Virus record (IMG/VR): IMGVR_UViG_3300015371_000015
Coordinates: 15,661-79,660 of that record
Length of the DNA: 64,000 nucleotides
Strand: one strand, 5' to 3'
Origin: a virus
Part shown: one piece after another, positions 19,520 to 29,318 of the stretch
Numbering within the stretch: the stretch's first letter is position 1
Layout of the letters: every line of letters begins with the position of its first letter
Program-made: the position numbers and the translations under genes
Notes under the pieces: model-generated
What the model was told of the DNA's origin: nothing
Seen by the model: the letters and a program-made list of their open reading frames with translations, nothing else
The model's database searches: none

Positions 19520-19760
19520 TCATGCAGAACTACGCAGTGACGACCTATGTCACCGCCCCGAGTGCTGAGCTGGCGGCGCAGGCCATCGCTCAGGCGCAGA
19601 CCACCCAGCAAGTCGTCGTGCCAGTCACCATCGGGGCTCAGTCCGTGGAGCCCACGTGGATGGAGATCGACACCACAGTCGTGGACAGGATCGTGCGCAA
19701 GGTCATCGCCGGCGTCGCCATCTACTACATCAGCAAGTCGCTGAAGAAGTGGGCGAAGTC

Positions 19761-20258
19761 ATGAGCGGCGAGGGTCTGAGGGCGCTTCAGGAGGCCCTGG
19801 TCAAGTGGGTTCGACTCGAGCGCAAGCCCGAGACCCCCGAGGTCGAGACCAAGGACGTCGGTGGCGTCCAGGTCACCACGGTCATGGCCTTCCCGGAGGC
19901 GAAGGAGGGTGAGCGTCACGCTGACCTTCATTTCATGCTCGCATCCAAGGACGAGTCCTTCCCCACCAAGGAAGAGCTCATCGCCACGGTGCAGGCAGCC
20001 ATCGGCGAAGGTGAGTTCGTGACCATGGAGGCGCAGCGTCTCGCCGGCGGCCTCTCCTACATCGATCTAGGCGGATGGCTGGGTTCCCAGGACCTGGCCG
20101 TTCGTCTGATCGGTGCCATGGAGTTGGCTGAGATCGGACCTGCCATCACGCCTGCCACTCTCGGGATCACAGGCACACAGGCCAACGAGCTGGCCGGCAT
20201 GGGGATGGTCATGATGACTCCCTATGACGGGTGGACGCCGGCCGAGGTCAAGGCGTAG
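19761..20258 (+). CDS. Hypothetical protein
   Basis: ATGA overlap with upstream ORF; typical codon usage. Confidence 0.6.
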   Translation: MSGEGLRALQEALVKWVRLERKPETPEVETKDVGGVQVTTVMAFPEAKEGERHADLHFMLASKDESFPTKEELIATVQAAIGEGEFVTMEAQRLAGGLSYIDLGGWLGSQDLAVRLIGAMELAEIGPAITPATLGITGTQANELAGMGMVMMTPYDGWTPAEVKA

Positions 20259-20265
20259 GTACGAA

Positions 20266-20679
20266 ATGGGCGAGCGCATCGATCGATTCAAGTCCACGAT
20301 CAAGGTTGCTGAGGTCAAGGCTCATATCCAACGCAACCAGAAGGCATACATCACCGGTGGTGTGTGTCTGGCCATCGGCGTTCTCGGGACGCTGGCGGCA
20401 GCCAAGAACAACAGCACTACGGTGATCAGCAGCATCGAAGGCAACCGGAACAACTTCGTCGGAACGGCGGAGCACGTCACGGTCGTTGTTGCCGAGCTTG
20501 AGCGACGAGGTCACCCGGGCAACGTCGTGCGTTGTCTCGAGACGGGCGAAGTGTTCGCCAGTCAGAGGCGCGCCGCAGAGATGCTCGGCGTCAACCCAGG
20601 AGAGATCTCGAAGCAGCTGCGCGGTCTGACCGATAAGGCCGGCGGCTACACCTTCGAGAATCTCGGCGAGGCTGCCTAG
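20266..20679 (+). CDS. Protein with C-terminal NUMOD1-like helix-turn-helix
   Basis: VRCLETGEVFASQRRAAEMLGV..ISKQLRG...GGYTF. Confidence 0.7.
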   Translation: MGERIDRFKSTIKVAEVKAHIQRNQKAYITGGVCLAIGVLGTLAAAKNNSTTVISSIEGNRNNFVGTAEHVTVVVAELERRGHPGNVVRCLETGEVFASQRRAAEMLGVNPGEISKQLRGLTDKAGGYTFENLGEAA

Positions 20680-20700
20680 TCGCGAAAAGAACAAGCACTA

Positions 20701-20843
20701 AGATGAGACCCCTCTTACTTGGACGATCATTGCGATAGTCCTATGCCATCAAGACGATCATTGCGATAGTCGAGCGATCATTGCGATAGCAGGCATGCCC
20801 AACGGTCATTGCGACAGTTCGGTAAGTGAGAGGGGTCTCATCT
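20701..20843 (+). ncRNA. Candidate sRNA with four repeated C-ATTGC-G hairpins inside a 15-bp terminal stem
   Basis: agatgagacccctct/agaggggtctcatct; repeats at 20722, 20753, 20774, 20801 with compensatory changes. Confidence 0.65.
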
Positions 20844-20891
20844 CTTGGACTTACATCAAGTGAATTATTTTTTCTATCAGCAAGGAGCATC

Positions 20892-21308
20892 ATGAGCAAC
20901 GATATCGAGGACTTCTTGGCCACCCGTGACCAGTTGTCGAAGGAGTACGAAGGCATCGGTCTGAGGATCGATGAACTGCAGGCCGAGCTCAACGACCTCA
21001 AGGCCCGCAAGCGCCTTCTGGACAAGGCATTCGGCGTGCCCGTCAAGAAGACGGCGAGGAAGAAGCCGGCTGCCAAGAAGGCCGCACCCAGGGGCGGAAG
21101 CACGCCCAAGGACGACCCCAACGTCGAGCGTCTGGTCGAGCTGCTGAAGGGGTCTCCCACCATGGGGAGGGACGAGATCGCAACCCACTTCCCCAAGCTG
21201 GACAGCAAGGGCCTGGGTCTGCTGCTGAGCAAGTGCAAGAAGCGCGGTCTCATCGACAACGCCGGCGGTAAGCGGCACCCGGCATGGTTCGCTGTGGAGC
21301 AGGCATGA
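20892..21308 (+). CDS. Putative nucleoid/DNA-binding protein (coiled coil, KKPAAKK linker, winged-helix-like C-terminus)
   Basis: RBS AAGGAG; histone-like basic linker. Confidence 0.6.
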   Translation: MSNDIEDFLATRDQLSKEYEGIGLRIDELQAELNDLKARKRLLDKAFGVPVKKTARKKPAAKKAAPRGGSTPKDDPNVERLVELLKGSPTMGRDEIATHFPKLDSKGLGLLLSKCKKRGLIDNAGGKRHPAWFAVEQA

Positions 21309-21892
21309 TCATTCCTGCTGAACATCGTGACCACTGGATGGAGCCGAAGAACATCTCTCGCAAGCGTGACAAGAGCGAGAAGTTCTGCGAGTCCTGTGGC
21401 GTGGCGATTCCCTTCCATGACCGGAAGTGCTCCTTCCTCAAGGGCCAGACTCGGTGACGGTCGGCATCCCGTGGGGAGAAGACCTCGAGCGTGATTGCTT
21501 GGAGATGCGCAAGTTGGAGTCGTGGGGCCTCTTCGCCAGGGGTCACCACGACGCCACTTGCACTCTCCACCATATGAAAGGATCGACCATGACACCGGAA
21601 GAAGCACCGATCGGAACAGTCTGTCACATCGGCCCTCCCAGGAACGGGAAGCTCGCTCGCAAGGAGCCCGATGGCAAGTGGATCTACCTCAGAGCCGATG
21701 GTGGCGAAGTCGATTACGACGATGCTCACAAGTCCATGACCGTCGCCTTCATGCCTCAGGGCTGAAAAACTCGCGGTCAAAACAACGACTGTAATGAGAG
21801 AGAAGAAGCCAGTAGTCTGGCCTACGCCTATAAGCGTAGCTTCTCTTTTTGTCTCGCTATATTTCAACAATCGCTCACGAAAGGGCAACCGA

Positions 21893-22720
21893 ATGAAGTT
21901 CGACATCGCCAAGGGGATGAAGGCTGCGAAGTCCCTCATCACCGCCAACTCGCCTGTCTTGCTGACCGGTGCATCCATCGCCGGCATCGTTGCGACGGGC
22001 GTCCTCGCTGCCAAGGGCGGCTACAAGGCGCGAGGTATCGTCGACGAGGAGCGCATGCGTCGTGTGGCTTCCCCGGAGCCTCCGTTCGACACCTTCGCCG
22101 AGTACTACAAGACGTACGTGGAGAAGGCGCCGGACCTGACCTTGCAGGAGAAGGTCAAGCTGACTTGGCTCTGCTACGCCGCACCTGCGGTGACTGGTGT
22201 GACCGCGATTAGTTCGACCGCTGGTGTGCACCTGATCCACACCAAGCGGCATGCTGCCCTGGCTGGTCTGTACGCCATGACCAGCGCCAAGCTCGATGAC
22301 GTGAGCGAGAAGGCCGAGGAGCTGCTCGGTCCGAAGAAGGCACAGGAGCTGAAGAACGAGATTTCCCAGAAGGCGGTCGACCGTGACGGTCCGATCGTCA
22401 ACACAGAGGTCATGATCACTGGCGACGGCACGGCTCTGACCCATGACCAGGGAACCGGTCGATGGTTCATGAGTTCGGTCAACAAGATCGAAGCGGCCGT
22501 CAACGAGGTCAATGCTGAGCTGGCCAACAACTCCGGCGCAGTCTGCCTCAACGACCTGTACGACAAGCTGGGCATGGAGCCCGTCGAGCTCGGCAACAAG
22601 GTCGGTTGGTCCGGCACGCTGATCACGGCCAAGTTCGGTGAGGTGAGGGCCTCGGACGGACAGGTGGCCAACAGCGTATGGTTTCAGCCCGCACCCTCGT
22701 TCGGTTACAACAAGCGTTGA
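21893..22720 (+). CDS. DUF6353-like phage protein
   Basis: NSPVLLTGASIAGIVATGVLAAK; LNDLYDKLG..GNKVGW. Confidence 0.7.
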   Translation: MKFDIAKGMKAAKSLITANSPVLLTGASIAGIVATGVLAAKGGYKARGIVDEERMRRVASPEPPFDTFAEYYKTYVEKAPDLTLQEKVKLTWLCYAAPAVTGVTAISSTAGVHLIHTKRHAALAGLYAMTSAKLDDVSEKAEELLGPKKAQELKNEISQKAVDRDGPIVNTEVMITGDGTALTHDQGTGRWFMSSVNKIEAAVNEVNAELANNSGAVCLNDLYDKLGMEPVELGNKVGWSGTLITAKFGEVRASDGQVANSVWFQPAPSFGYNKR

Positions 22721-23466
22721 CGAAGCGGACGAGGCCTGGCATCAGCTGATCGAAGAAGGGCATGCGCTCGAGGAGAACCGTCGGTGGCGGCGAAAGCTCC
22801 TCGGGCGTCACGCTCGAAACATCGAAGAGCTCATGAGTGAACAGCAAAGAGGTGAGCTCGACGCTGTGATCGGAGAAGTGTCTTTGTGGGATCCCTACAA
22901 GGCAATCGACGATCTGCACGAAGACATGTTTCCACGCGCGGAGGGGTGCTGGCCGTTTGCATAGGCTGGCGCCCCTCTGGGGCGTGCCCGCATCAAAGGA
23001 GTAAGGCGTATGGACGAAGAAGCACGTGAACTGCTGTGGAAGAGCATGGGACTCGCTATTCTCGGAGGCGCATTCGTCTTCATGTGGTGGCGAGGCCTCT
23101 ACGAGCTTCGGGAGAAGGAAGCGAGCTAGGCGTATGGACGAAGGACACATCAATACGAAGTTCGCTGTGTTCTGTTTGTCAGGTATTGCGGCCAATACGG
23201 CCTATTACCTACACATCCTCAACAAGCAAAAGCGCACAATTGCTGATCTCGCCAAGTACGGAGGCGAAGTAATCCGTGTTGCCGAGGAAGGACGCTTCAT
23301 TCTTGACAAGGTAATGGAGTGCGCCATCATGTCCGTCGAAGATGCGGCCCGAATCAACGACGACATCACCCTCTACAAGCACGATTGGGAGATGATGCAG
23401 GTCCCGGGTATCGCGGAGAAAACAAGCCTTTTAATGAGATCATCCCCTCACATCCAAGGAGAAAAC

Positions 23467-23739
23467 ATGACCGACCAGACCCCCGAGACCACTCCCGAGG
23501 TCCCGGTCCAGCCGTCCGAGCCCGCACCCAAGCCCTCGCGACTGCGCCAGTTCACCGCCAACCACCCGAAGATCGTCAACGCCGCCAAGCTCACCGCCGC
23601 GGCCGTCGGCATCGTCGCCGTGACCCGCGCCGTGACCAACGCGCAGCACAACAGGGAGCAGGTGCAGGCCGGCCTGGACCAGACCAAGGAGGGTCTCGAG
23701 ACCCTGTCGGACTCCGTCACCTCCACGACGGAGGACTGA
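23467..23739 (+). CDS. Hypothetical cassette protein (in frame with an upstream ORF from 23134)
   Basis: Motif 23411, RBS AAGGAG, terminator 23745-23790. Confidence 0.6.
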   Translation: MTDQTPETTPEVPVQPSEPAPKPSRLRQFTANHPKIVNAAKLTAAAVGIVAVTRAVTNAQHNREQVQAGLDQTKEGLETLSDSVTSTTED

Positions 23740-23835
23740 TCCAAGAGCCCTAGCCCATCGCCACCACCACGATGAGTTAGGGTTTTCTCTTCGCCGCTTA
23801 TCGCCACCTATCAGTTCAAAATGGGAGACAAATCT

Positions 23836-24384
23836 ATGAAGACTCGGCTCAACTACGCCATCCTCAACAACGGAGAGGTCAAGGAGGTCATCGATTCCTC
23901 AGTGGTTTTGGATGATGACTCTCACCACACCAAGATCGCATGGATCAACAGCCTGGTGGAGTCCAATCCAGGGTGCATCTTCTTCCTCGTGACCGACACC
24001 ACCGACATCTTCGAGGCTGAAGACGAGCCTGAGATCGAGAGCGTCTCGATGATGTTCGATGCGAACAGTCCCAACTGGGGTCCAGACCCGAAGTACGCCC
24101 TTTCCTTCCTCAAGGCTACGCAGAACCACATGAACAATGTGCTGCAGATCCGTGGATGGCTCGTGCTCAACGACGTGCTGGACGCTGTGGGACTAGAGCG
24201 CACGGCACAGGGCATGACGGTGGGCTGGCGTAGGGACGCAGACGAGGATGGAACCGGAGACGGCTTCATCGACTTCGGACTCGACAGCGAGGACGAGTAC
24301 ACGCTCGCCTTTATTCGTGGAGAAGAGAGCACCGTGCTGTTGGACTTCAACGTCGACGGCGACATATCAAGCAAGGTCTCTTAG
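23836..24384 (+). CDS. DUF6353 C-terminal-domain paralog
   Basis: FLKATQNHMNNVL..LNDVLDA..GDGFIDFG..FNVDG shared with 27004-27894. Confidence 0.7.
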   Translation: MKTRLNYAILNNGEVKEVIDSSVVLDDDSHHTKIAWINSLVESNPGCIFFLVTDTTDIFEAEDEPEIESVSMMFDANSPNWGPDPKYALSFLKATQNHMNNVLQIRGWLVLNDVLDAVGLERTAQGMTVGWRRDADEDGTGDGFIDFGLDSEDEYTLAFIRGEESTVLLDFNVDGDISSKVS

Positions 24385-24414
24385 GCCTTCTACAAGCAAA
24401 AAGGAGTAACTATC

Positions 24415-24861
24415 GTGAGTGTTCGTTCTGAAGCTCGCAGGGACGCTGAGGAGTACGCTCGGGCCCAGATGTATTACGGAGATGGCGCGGGCACCAGGCG
24501 AAAGCTGATCGATGCCACCGTCACTTCCAAGATGATGAAGGACCCCATCTACGCCACGTACTTCCGTCAGGAGTACGCCAAGCAAGACATGGGGGAGCAC
24601 GCCATGCGCGCACGCAAGGAGCGGGAGCGTCGTGATCACAACAGCGCGATCATGCGCAACGCCAAGGGTCTGGCCACCGGCAACATCAACCAGGTCAGCC
24701 CTGTCGTGCTCTTCGTCGTGGTGGGCGCAGCCATCGCACACAAGACCGGTCTGGACAAGAAGGCTCTCGACGAGCTGAAGGTCCAAAAGCACCGGTTTGA
24801 CCTGTGGCGAGACAACCGGAGGCGTAAAAGGCGCCACCTCAAGCCAGTGAAAGAGGCTTAA
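24415..24861 (+). CDS. Hypothetical protein
   Basis: RBS AAGGAG; GAGTRRKLI motif. Confidence 0.7.
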   Translation: MSVRSEARRDAEEYARAQMYYGDGAGTRRKLIDATVTSKMMKDPIYATYFRQEYAKQDMGEHAMRARKERERRDHNSAIMRNAKGLATGNINQVSPVVLFVVVGAAIAHKTGLDKKALDELKVQKHRFDLWRDNRRRKRRHLKPVKEA

Positions 24862-25235
24862 TGAACCAAGATGAGTTCGAAGAGGTCTTCGAGCACATGA
24901 TCGGGGCGTCGCGAGACGTTCTGGTCGAGAAGGCTCGGGAGTATGCCAACGACGGCGACCGCATGCACAACTTCAAGCGTGCGGCAGGTCTGAGTGGGCG
25001 TACTCCCGAGCAGATGTGCTGGGGCTTCAACATCAAGCACCTGGTCAGCATCACTGACATGGTTGAGAGCGGGGAGTCCTACCCCGAAGAGAAGTGGGAC
25101 GAGAAACTAGGAGATGCTCTCAACTACCTTATCCTCCTGAAGGCCTTGATCACCGAGGCTAACGCACCAGACCGTATCGCCCTCCACGATGGAACGGGCA
25201 CCGTCATTGCTACGCACGAAGCGCAAGGAGAATAG
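24861..25235 (+). CDS. Alpha-helical nucleotide-modification-associated (Nmad1/DUF1599-like) protein
   Basis: KAREYA..NFK, EKLGDALNYLILL. Confidence 0.5.
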   Translation: MNQDEFEEVFEHMIGASRDVLVEKAREYANDGDRMHNFKRAAGLSGRTPEQMCWGFNIKHLVSITDMVESGESYPEEKWDEKLGDALNYLILLKALITEANAPDRIALHDGTGTVIATHEAQGE

Positions 25236-25757
25236 GTGTACCAGATCAAGGTTCCCTACAAGAACTACAACAACCAGCCCAAGACCCGCACCATCAGCTT
25301 CAACCTCGAGACTCGTGAGATCATGAAGCTCCTCGAAGAGTTCTACGTGGCCTTCCAGTGGCAGGAGCAGGCCCGCGAGGAAGAGGTCCGGGAGTACACG
25401 CCGGCTGAGACCGTGGTCTTCTACAACGCCTTCGAGGCCATTCTGTTGGCCGCCTACGGTGTGGTCAGCGCAGACGGGGAGCGCTTCGAGAAGACCGGAC
25501 GCTTCGAGTTCGAGGAGTCCAAGGTGTTCGCCGCGGTCATGGACATCTTCATCCAGGACCCTGCGCGTACCAACGAGCTCATCAACGGCATTCTGCCTGA
25601 GGGTCTCGACAAGCTCATCAAGTCCTCTGAGGGCAACATGCAGAAGATGATCGAGAACCCCGACACCCCGGACTACATCCGTCGCGAGGTCGAGCGACAG
25701 CTGGCCCAGTCCCGAGCTGCCGCGGAGGGCATCGCCCCGGGCACGGAGCAGGCGTAG
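25236..25757 (+). CDS. Conserved phage protein (tail assembly chaperone-like)
   Basis: Y..YN..FNL, AYG..S.DGERFEK, F..GILP pattern. Confidence 0.55.
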   Translation: MYQIKVPYKNYNNQPKTRTISFNLETREIMKLLEEFYVAFQWQEQAREEEVREYTPAETVVFYNAFEAILLAAYGVVSADGERFEKTGRFEFEESKVFAAVMDIFIQDPARTNELINGILPEGLDKLIKSSEGNMQKMIENPDTPDYIRREVERQLAQSRAAAEGIAPGTEQA

Positions 25758-26056
25758 GTACGGCTGGGTCTCGCGAAGAAAACACCTCATTAAATGAGAG
25801 CCTATCCAGTGCTCACTTTTATCACTAGGAGCATCGAATGAAACTCGGAAAGTATCAGGTCCTCTCAGGGCTTCTCGTGCTTGCGTCTTGGTACGTGGGC
25901 TCGAAGAAGGAAGAGGAGGACATCCGCGAAGCTGTCAGCGAAGAGCTCGATAACCGCGGGCTGTCGAAGCCGCGCGAGACCCAGTCGTAACCAAACCCCA
26001 ACCAAGTGAGAGCGGCCGTAACGGCTACTCTCCTTTTCTCTCGAAAGGACTCTCGC

Positions 26057-26770
26057 ATGACAAGCGAGCCCGTAGGCAACGGACCTCGACAGGAAGCCGT
26101 GCCCAAGAACTCCATGAAGGATCAGGAGGAGCGCAAGAAGCGCACTGTCGCTAGCGCAGCGCCTAGTTCATCGGCGCCAACTCCTGAATCAGAGCGGGAG
26201 CCGGCAACCAAGATCATCTCTGGCGAGGTCACGACCCGAAAGCCTGCGTGGTGGCGGCGACTGGGACGTAGCATCTTCGCCGAAGACGTGTCTTCGATTG
26301 GTAGCTACCTCTACGACGACCTGTTCATCCCCACCATTCGTAACGCGCTTCGTGAGTTCGGCGTCGGCGCGATCGATAGAGCCATCTACGGTGCCAAGAT
26401 GGGCCCCCGACGCATGGGCGCCCCAGGCATCATGGGTCTGAGCGGACAGGTCAGCAACATCAGCACCCGGTATGACCGGATGACAGAAGGACAGCGAGTC
26501 GTCTCTAGGGAGGCTCGTGAGCGTCACGACTTCAGCGAGATCGTCTTCCCCGACAGGGAGGAGGCCATGATCGTCCTCGAGGGCCTTGTTGCCCGTATCG
26601 AGCGCTTCCGTGTAGCCACGGTGCGTGACTTGTACAACCTATGCGGCGTCTCGAACGCCGATTTCGCCGCAGGAGGGTACGGCTGGACCGACCTGAACAC
26701 TGCTGCCATCCGTCAGCGCTACGGCGGCTGGCTGCTGGATCTGCCCGAACCTGAGCCGATTCGCAACTAG
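26057..26770 (+). CDS. Conserved phage protein
   Basis: REEAMIVLEGL..ATVRDLYNLCG..YGWTDL..LDLPEP. Confidence 0.7.
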   Translation: MTSEPVGNGPRQEAVPKNSMKDQEERKKRTVASAAPSSSAPTPESEREPATKIISGEVTTRKPAWWRRLGRSIFAEDVSSIGSYLYDDLFIPTIRNALREFGVGAIDRAIYGAKMGPRRMGAPGIMGLSGQVSNISTRYDRMTEGQRVVSREARERHDFSEIVFPDREEAMIVLEGLVARIERFRVATVRDLYNLCGVSNADFAAGGYGWTDLNTAAIRQRYGGWLLDLPEPEPIRN

Positions 26771-27003
26771 GAGAAAACTTCAAAATGGGAGTAGAAGTGA
26801 GCCGCATCGCAATCGTCATGAGTGCTTGCAGATGCAAGAGACATGGCGCCGGGCTCAATGAACCATGCTGGGTGCTTCCTGCCCGCGACGGGCAGCAGAA
26901 CAATGCCGCTGTATGCGGTAACCGTGTCAAGAGCGCCGGCTTCAACGGCGGCTACCACGGACCAGCCGAATCCTCCACCGGAAACCACAAGTAAGGAACA
27001 CAG

Positions 27004-27894
27004 ATGAAGTTCGTACCAAACTCAGTGTCTCGGCTCGCTAGCCGTGGAGCACTCCAGGTGAGTGCCAAGAGCCCCACCATTCTCGTCGTCTCCGGTGTCG
27101 TAGGACTCGGGGCGGCTGCGGTCATGGCCGCACGTGCCACTCGCAAGATCGACCCCGTGATCGAGTCTCACCAGAAGGAGCGGTGGGACATCAAGGCGCA
27201 CATGCCGGCGACGCAGGTGGAGAAGAAGGAGCAGCAGCGCAAGCTGTTCGACCTCTACATGAACACCGGATGGGAGCTGGGTAAGATCTACGGCCCCACC
27301 ATCCTCGTGGGCTCGCTGTCCGCGGTCTCGGTCCTCTACGGTCACCGGATCCTTCAGCGTCGCCACGCGGCGTCCCTGGCGGCGTACTCCAGCCTGTTCG
27401 AGCTGTTCACCTCCTACCGCAAGCGCGTTGCGCAGACGGTGGGTGAGGAGAAGGAGCGGGCCATCTACGACGGTGCGACGCTCCAGTACGTCGAAGACCC
27501 AGACCACAAGGGTGAGTACAAGCTCGAGCCGAAGTTCCCCGACGAGGCGGAGGTCACGTACTTGCGTCCCTGGTTCGGCCCCGACAACCCGAACTGGGTC
27601 AACGACCCGATCTCCACGTTCTCCTTCCTCAAGGGAGTCCAGCAGCACATGAACAACGTGCTGAACACCCGCGGCTACGTCTTCCTCAACGACGTGCTGG
27701 ACGCTCTGCGCTTGCCTCAGGTCAAGCAGGGACAGGTGGCCGGCTGGCTGCTCAAGGACGTAGGGGAGGGTGACGGCTTCATCGACTTCGGCCTCTACAG
27801 TGACGACCCGCACACGGTCGCATTCCGCGACGGCATGTCCAAGACCGTTCAACTCCACTTCAACATCGACGGCAACATCTACGACCTGCTCTGA
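27004..27894 (+). CDS. DUF6353-like phage protein
   Basis: SPTILVVSG..AARAT, YRKRV, RGYVFLNDV, FIDFG, FNIDGNI. Confidence 0.75.
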   Translation: MKFVPNSVSRLASRGALQVSAKSPTILVVSGVVGLGAAAVMAARATRKIDPVIESHQKERWDIKAHMPATQVEKKEQQRKLFDLYMNTGWELGKIYGPTILVGSLSAVSVLYGHRILQRRHAASLAAYSSLFELFTSYRKRVAQTVGEEKERAIYDGATLQYVEDPDHKGEYKLEPKFPDEAEVTYLRPWFGPDNPNWVNDPISTFSFLKGVQQHMNNVLNTRGYVFLNDVLDALRLPQVKQGQVAGWLLKDVGEGDGFIDFGLYSDDPHTVAFRDGMSKTVQLHFNIDGNIYDLL

Positions 27895-27925
27895 CCGCCC
27901 ACCATGCACGATCGTTAGGAGAATC

Positions 27926-28741
27926 ATGCAGCGCAACAAGCTCATTGCCGTGGGAGCTGGTCTCTTCGGCTACGGAGTGTTCATCGGGTGGTCAGTTACC
28001 GCGGATCTGCTCAACAAGAAGCACAAGGAGCACACCGAGACGCTCCTGGACCTTGTGGAGTTCCAGTCCCGTGTCATCGAGGAGAAGCAGGCTCTGCTGG
28101 AGTCGATCCCCCTCACGGATGAGGAGCTGGAGCAGATCCAGTCCGACAACAGGCAGATGCAGGCTGAAGATGCTGCCGTAGGTACGACTCCCGAGGGAAC
28201 GGTCGCATATTCGGATGCAGATGAGACTGTCGAAATCGAAAATTCCCCGGCGGTACCTCCTGGAGAAACAATCCAGGAAACCAGGGCAAAGCTCCTGGAA
28301 AAGATCGATCCGTACATGCCGGACGATTCGACCGCACACGAGTTTGACCGTGTGGTACGACTCAATGACATCGCGGATCAGACTCCACCTTTCATCATCC
28401 CCGAGTCTGACTATCAGATCGAGGACGTCGACGGCGAGAAGTACGAGAAGATCGCCGTGACTTACTATCCCAACGAACGCGTCCTTGTCTACGAGGAGGA
28501 CGAATCAGAAGTCGAAGACATCAACGCCGTCATCGGATGGGAGAACCTCAATAGCTGGGGCGACCGATCCGGCGACCCGAACGTCGTCTTCGTCCGCAAC
28601 CATCGCATCCGCGCTGACTACGAGGTCATCCGCGATGAGGAAAACCGACCGCCTGCCCATGTCATCTACGGCATGGACAAGGAACAGTTTGCAGTGGAGA
28701 AGGCGGCCAACACACTGCGATTTCGACCGGAGGACATGTGA
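27926..28741 (+). CDS. Conserved acidic phage protein with N-terminal TM
   Basis: PPFIIP, VTYY, VFVRN..DYEV. Confidence 0.7.
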   Translation: MQRNKLIAVGAGLFGYGVFIGWSVTADLLNKKHKEHTETLLDLVEFQSRVIEEKQALLESIPLTDEELEQIQSDNRQMQAEDAAVGTTPEGTVAYSDADETVEIENSPAVPPGETIQETRAKLLEKIDPYMPDDSTAHEFDRVVRLNDIADQTPPFIIPESDYQIEDVDGEKYEKIAVTYYPNERVLVYEEDESEVEDINAVIGWENLNSWGDRSGDPNVVFVRNHRIRADYEVIRDEENRPPAHVIYGMDKEQFAVEKAANTLRFRPEDM

Positions 28742-29316
28742 TCGCTCTCGAAGACCTGTACTTCGAGTGGCTGTTGACATGCATCGATCCTGATGGAGTG
28801 ACGGAGGGGGTCGGCTACTTGGCTGGCCTCCTCCATCGCTGTGAATTCGAACGTCGAGTGGGTAACGACATCAACCGAGCCGTTGACGGCGCCGATCTGA
28901 GAAAGGAGTTCTTTGCTCAGTTCCCGTCGGCTACGTTCGACCCGGCTGAAGTCGAGACTCTTTCGATGAAGGAATGCACCTGGCTCGAGATGCTGATCGC
29001 GCTCTCGCGACGCCTTGACTACCTGTATGACGGTGGCGTTTTCTCTCGATTCGTCGAGATGGTAAACAACATGCGACTTGGCGAGATCGCCGGGTTCGTG
29101 CCGTACAGGTCAAGGCAGACCGTAGAGCTAGATCAGCGGTATGTCGACACCGTTACAAGTGCAATAGACAACAACAAGTTCAGACCAAATGGCCACGGAG
29201 GGATATTTCCCCTTCGCCACCAGCACCGAGTGGACCAGAGGAGGGTAGAAATCTGGGAACAGTGCGGCCTTTACTTCAGTGAGAAACTAGGACTAGAAGA
29301 GGGGGTGTATCACTAA
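28738..29316 (+). CDS. Conserved phage protein
   Basis: YFEWL, NRAVDG.DLR, LEMLIAL, GHGGIFPL, VEIW. Confidence 0.7.
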   Translation: MIALEDLYFEWLLTCIDPDGVTEGVGYLAGLLHRCEFERRVGNDINRAVDGADLRKEFFAQFPSATFDPAEVETLSMKECTWLEMLIALSRRLDYLYDGGVFSRFVEMVNNMRLGEIAGFVPYRSRQTVELDQRYVDTVTSAIDNNKFRPNGHGGIFPLRHQHRVDQRRVEIWEQCGLYFSEKLGLEEGVYH

Positions 29317-29318
29317 AG

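Larger units (their letters stand above)
7136..26791 (+). repeat. Dispersed 13-mer TTCAAAATGGGAG
   Basis: At 7136, 17317, 23815, 26779. Confidence 0.7.

Noticed and set aside
20722-20819. Mini CRISPR array
   Set aside because: Repeats are 17-19 nt with 2-12 nt spacers, and no cas genes are present
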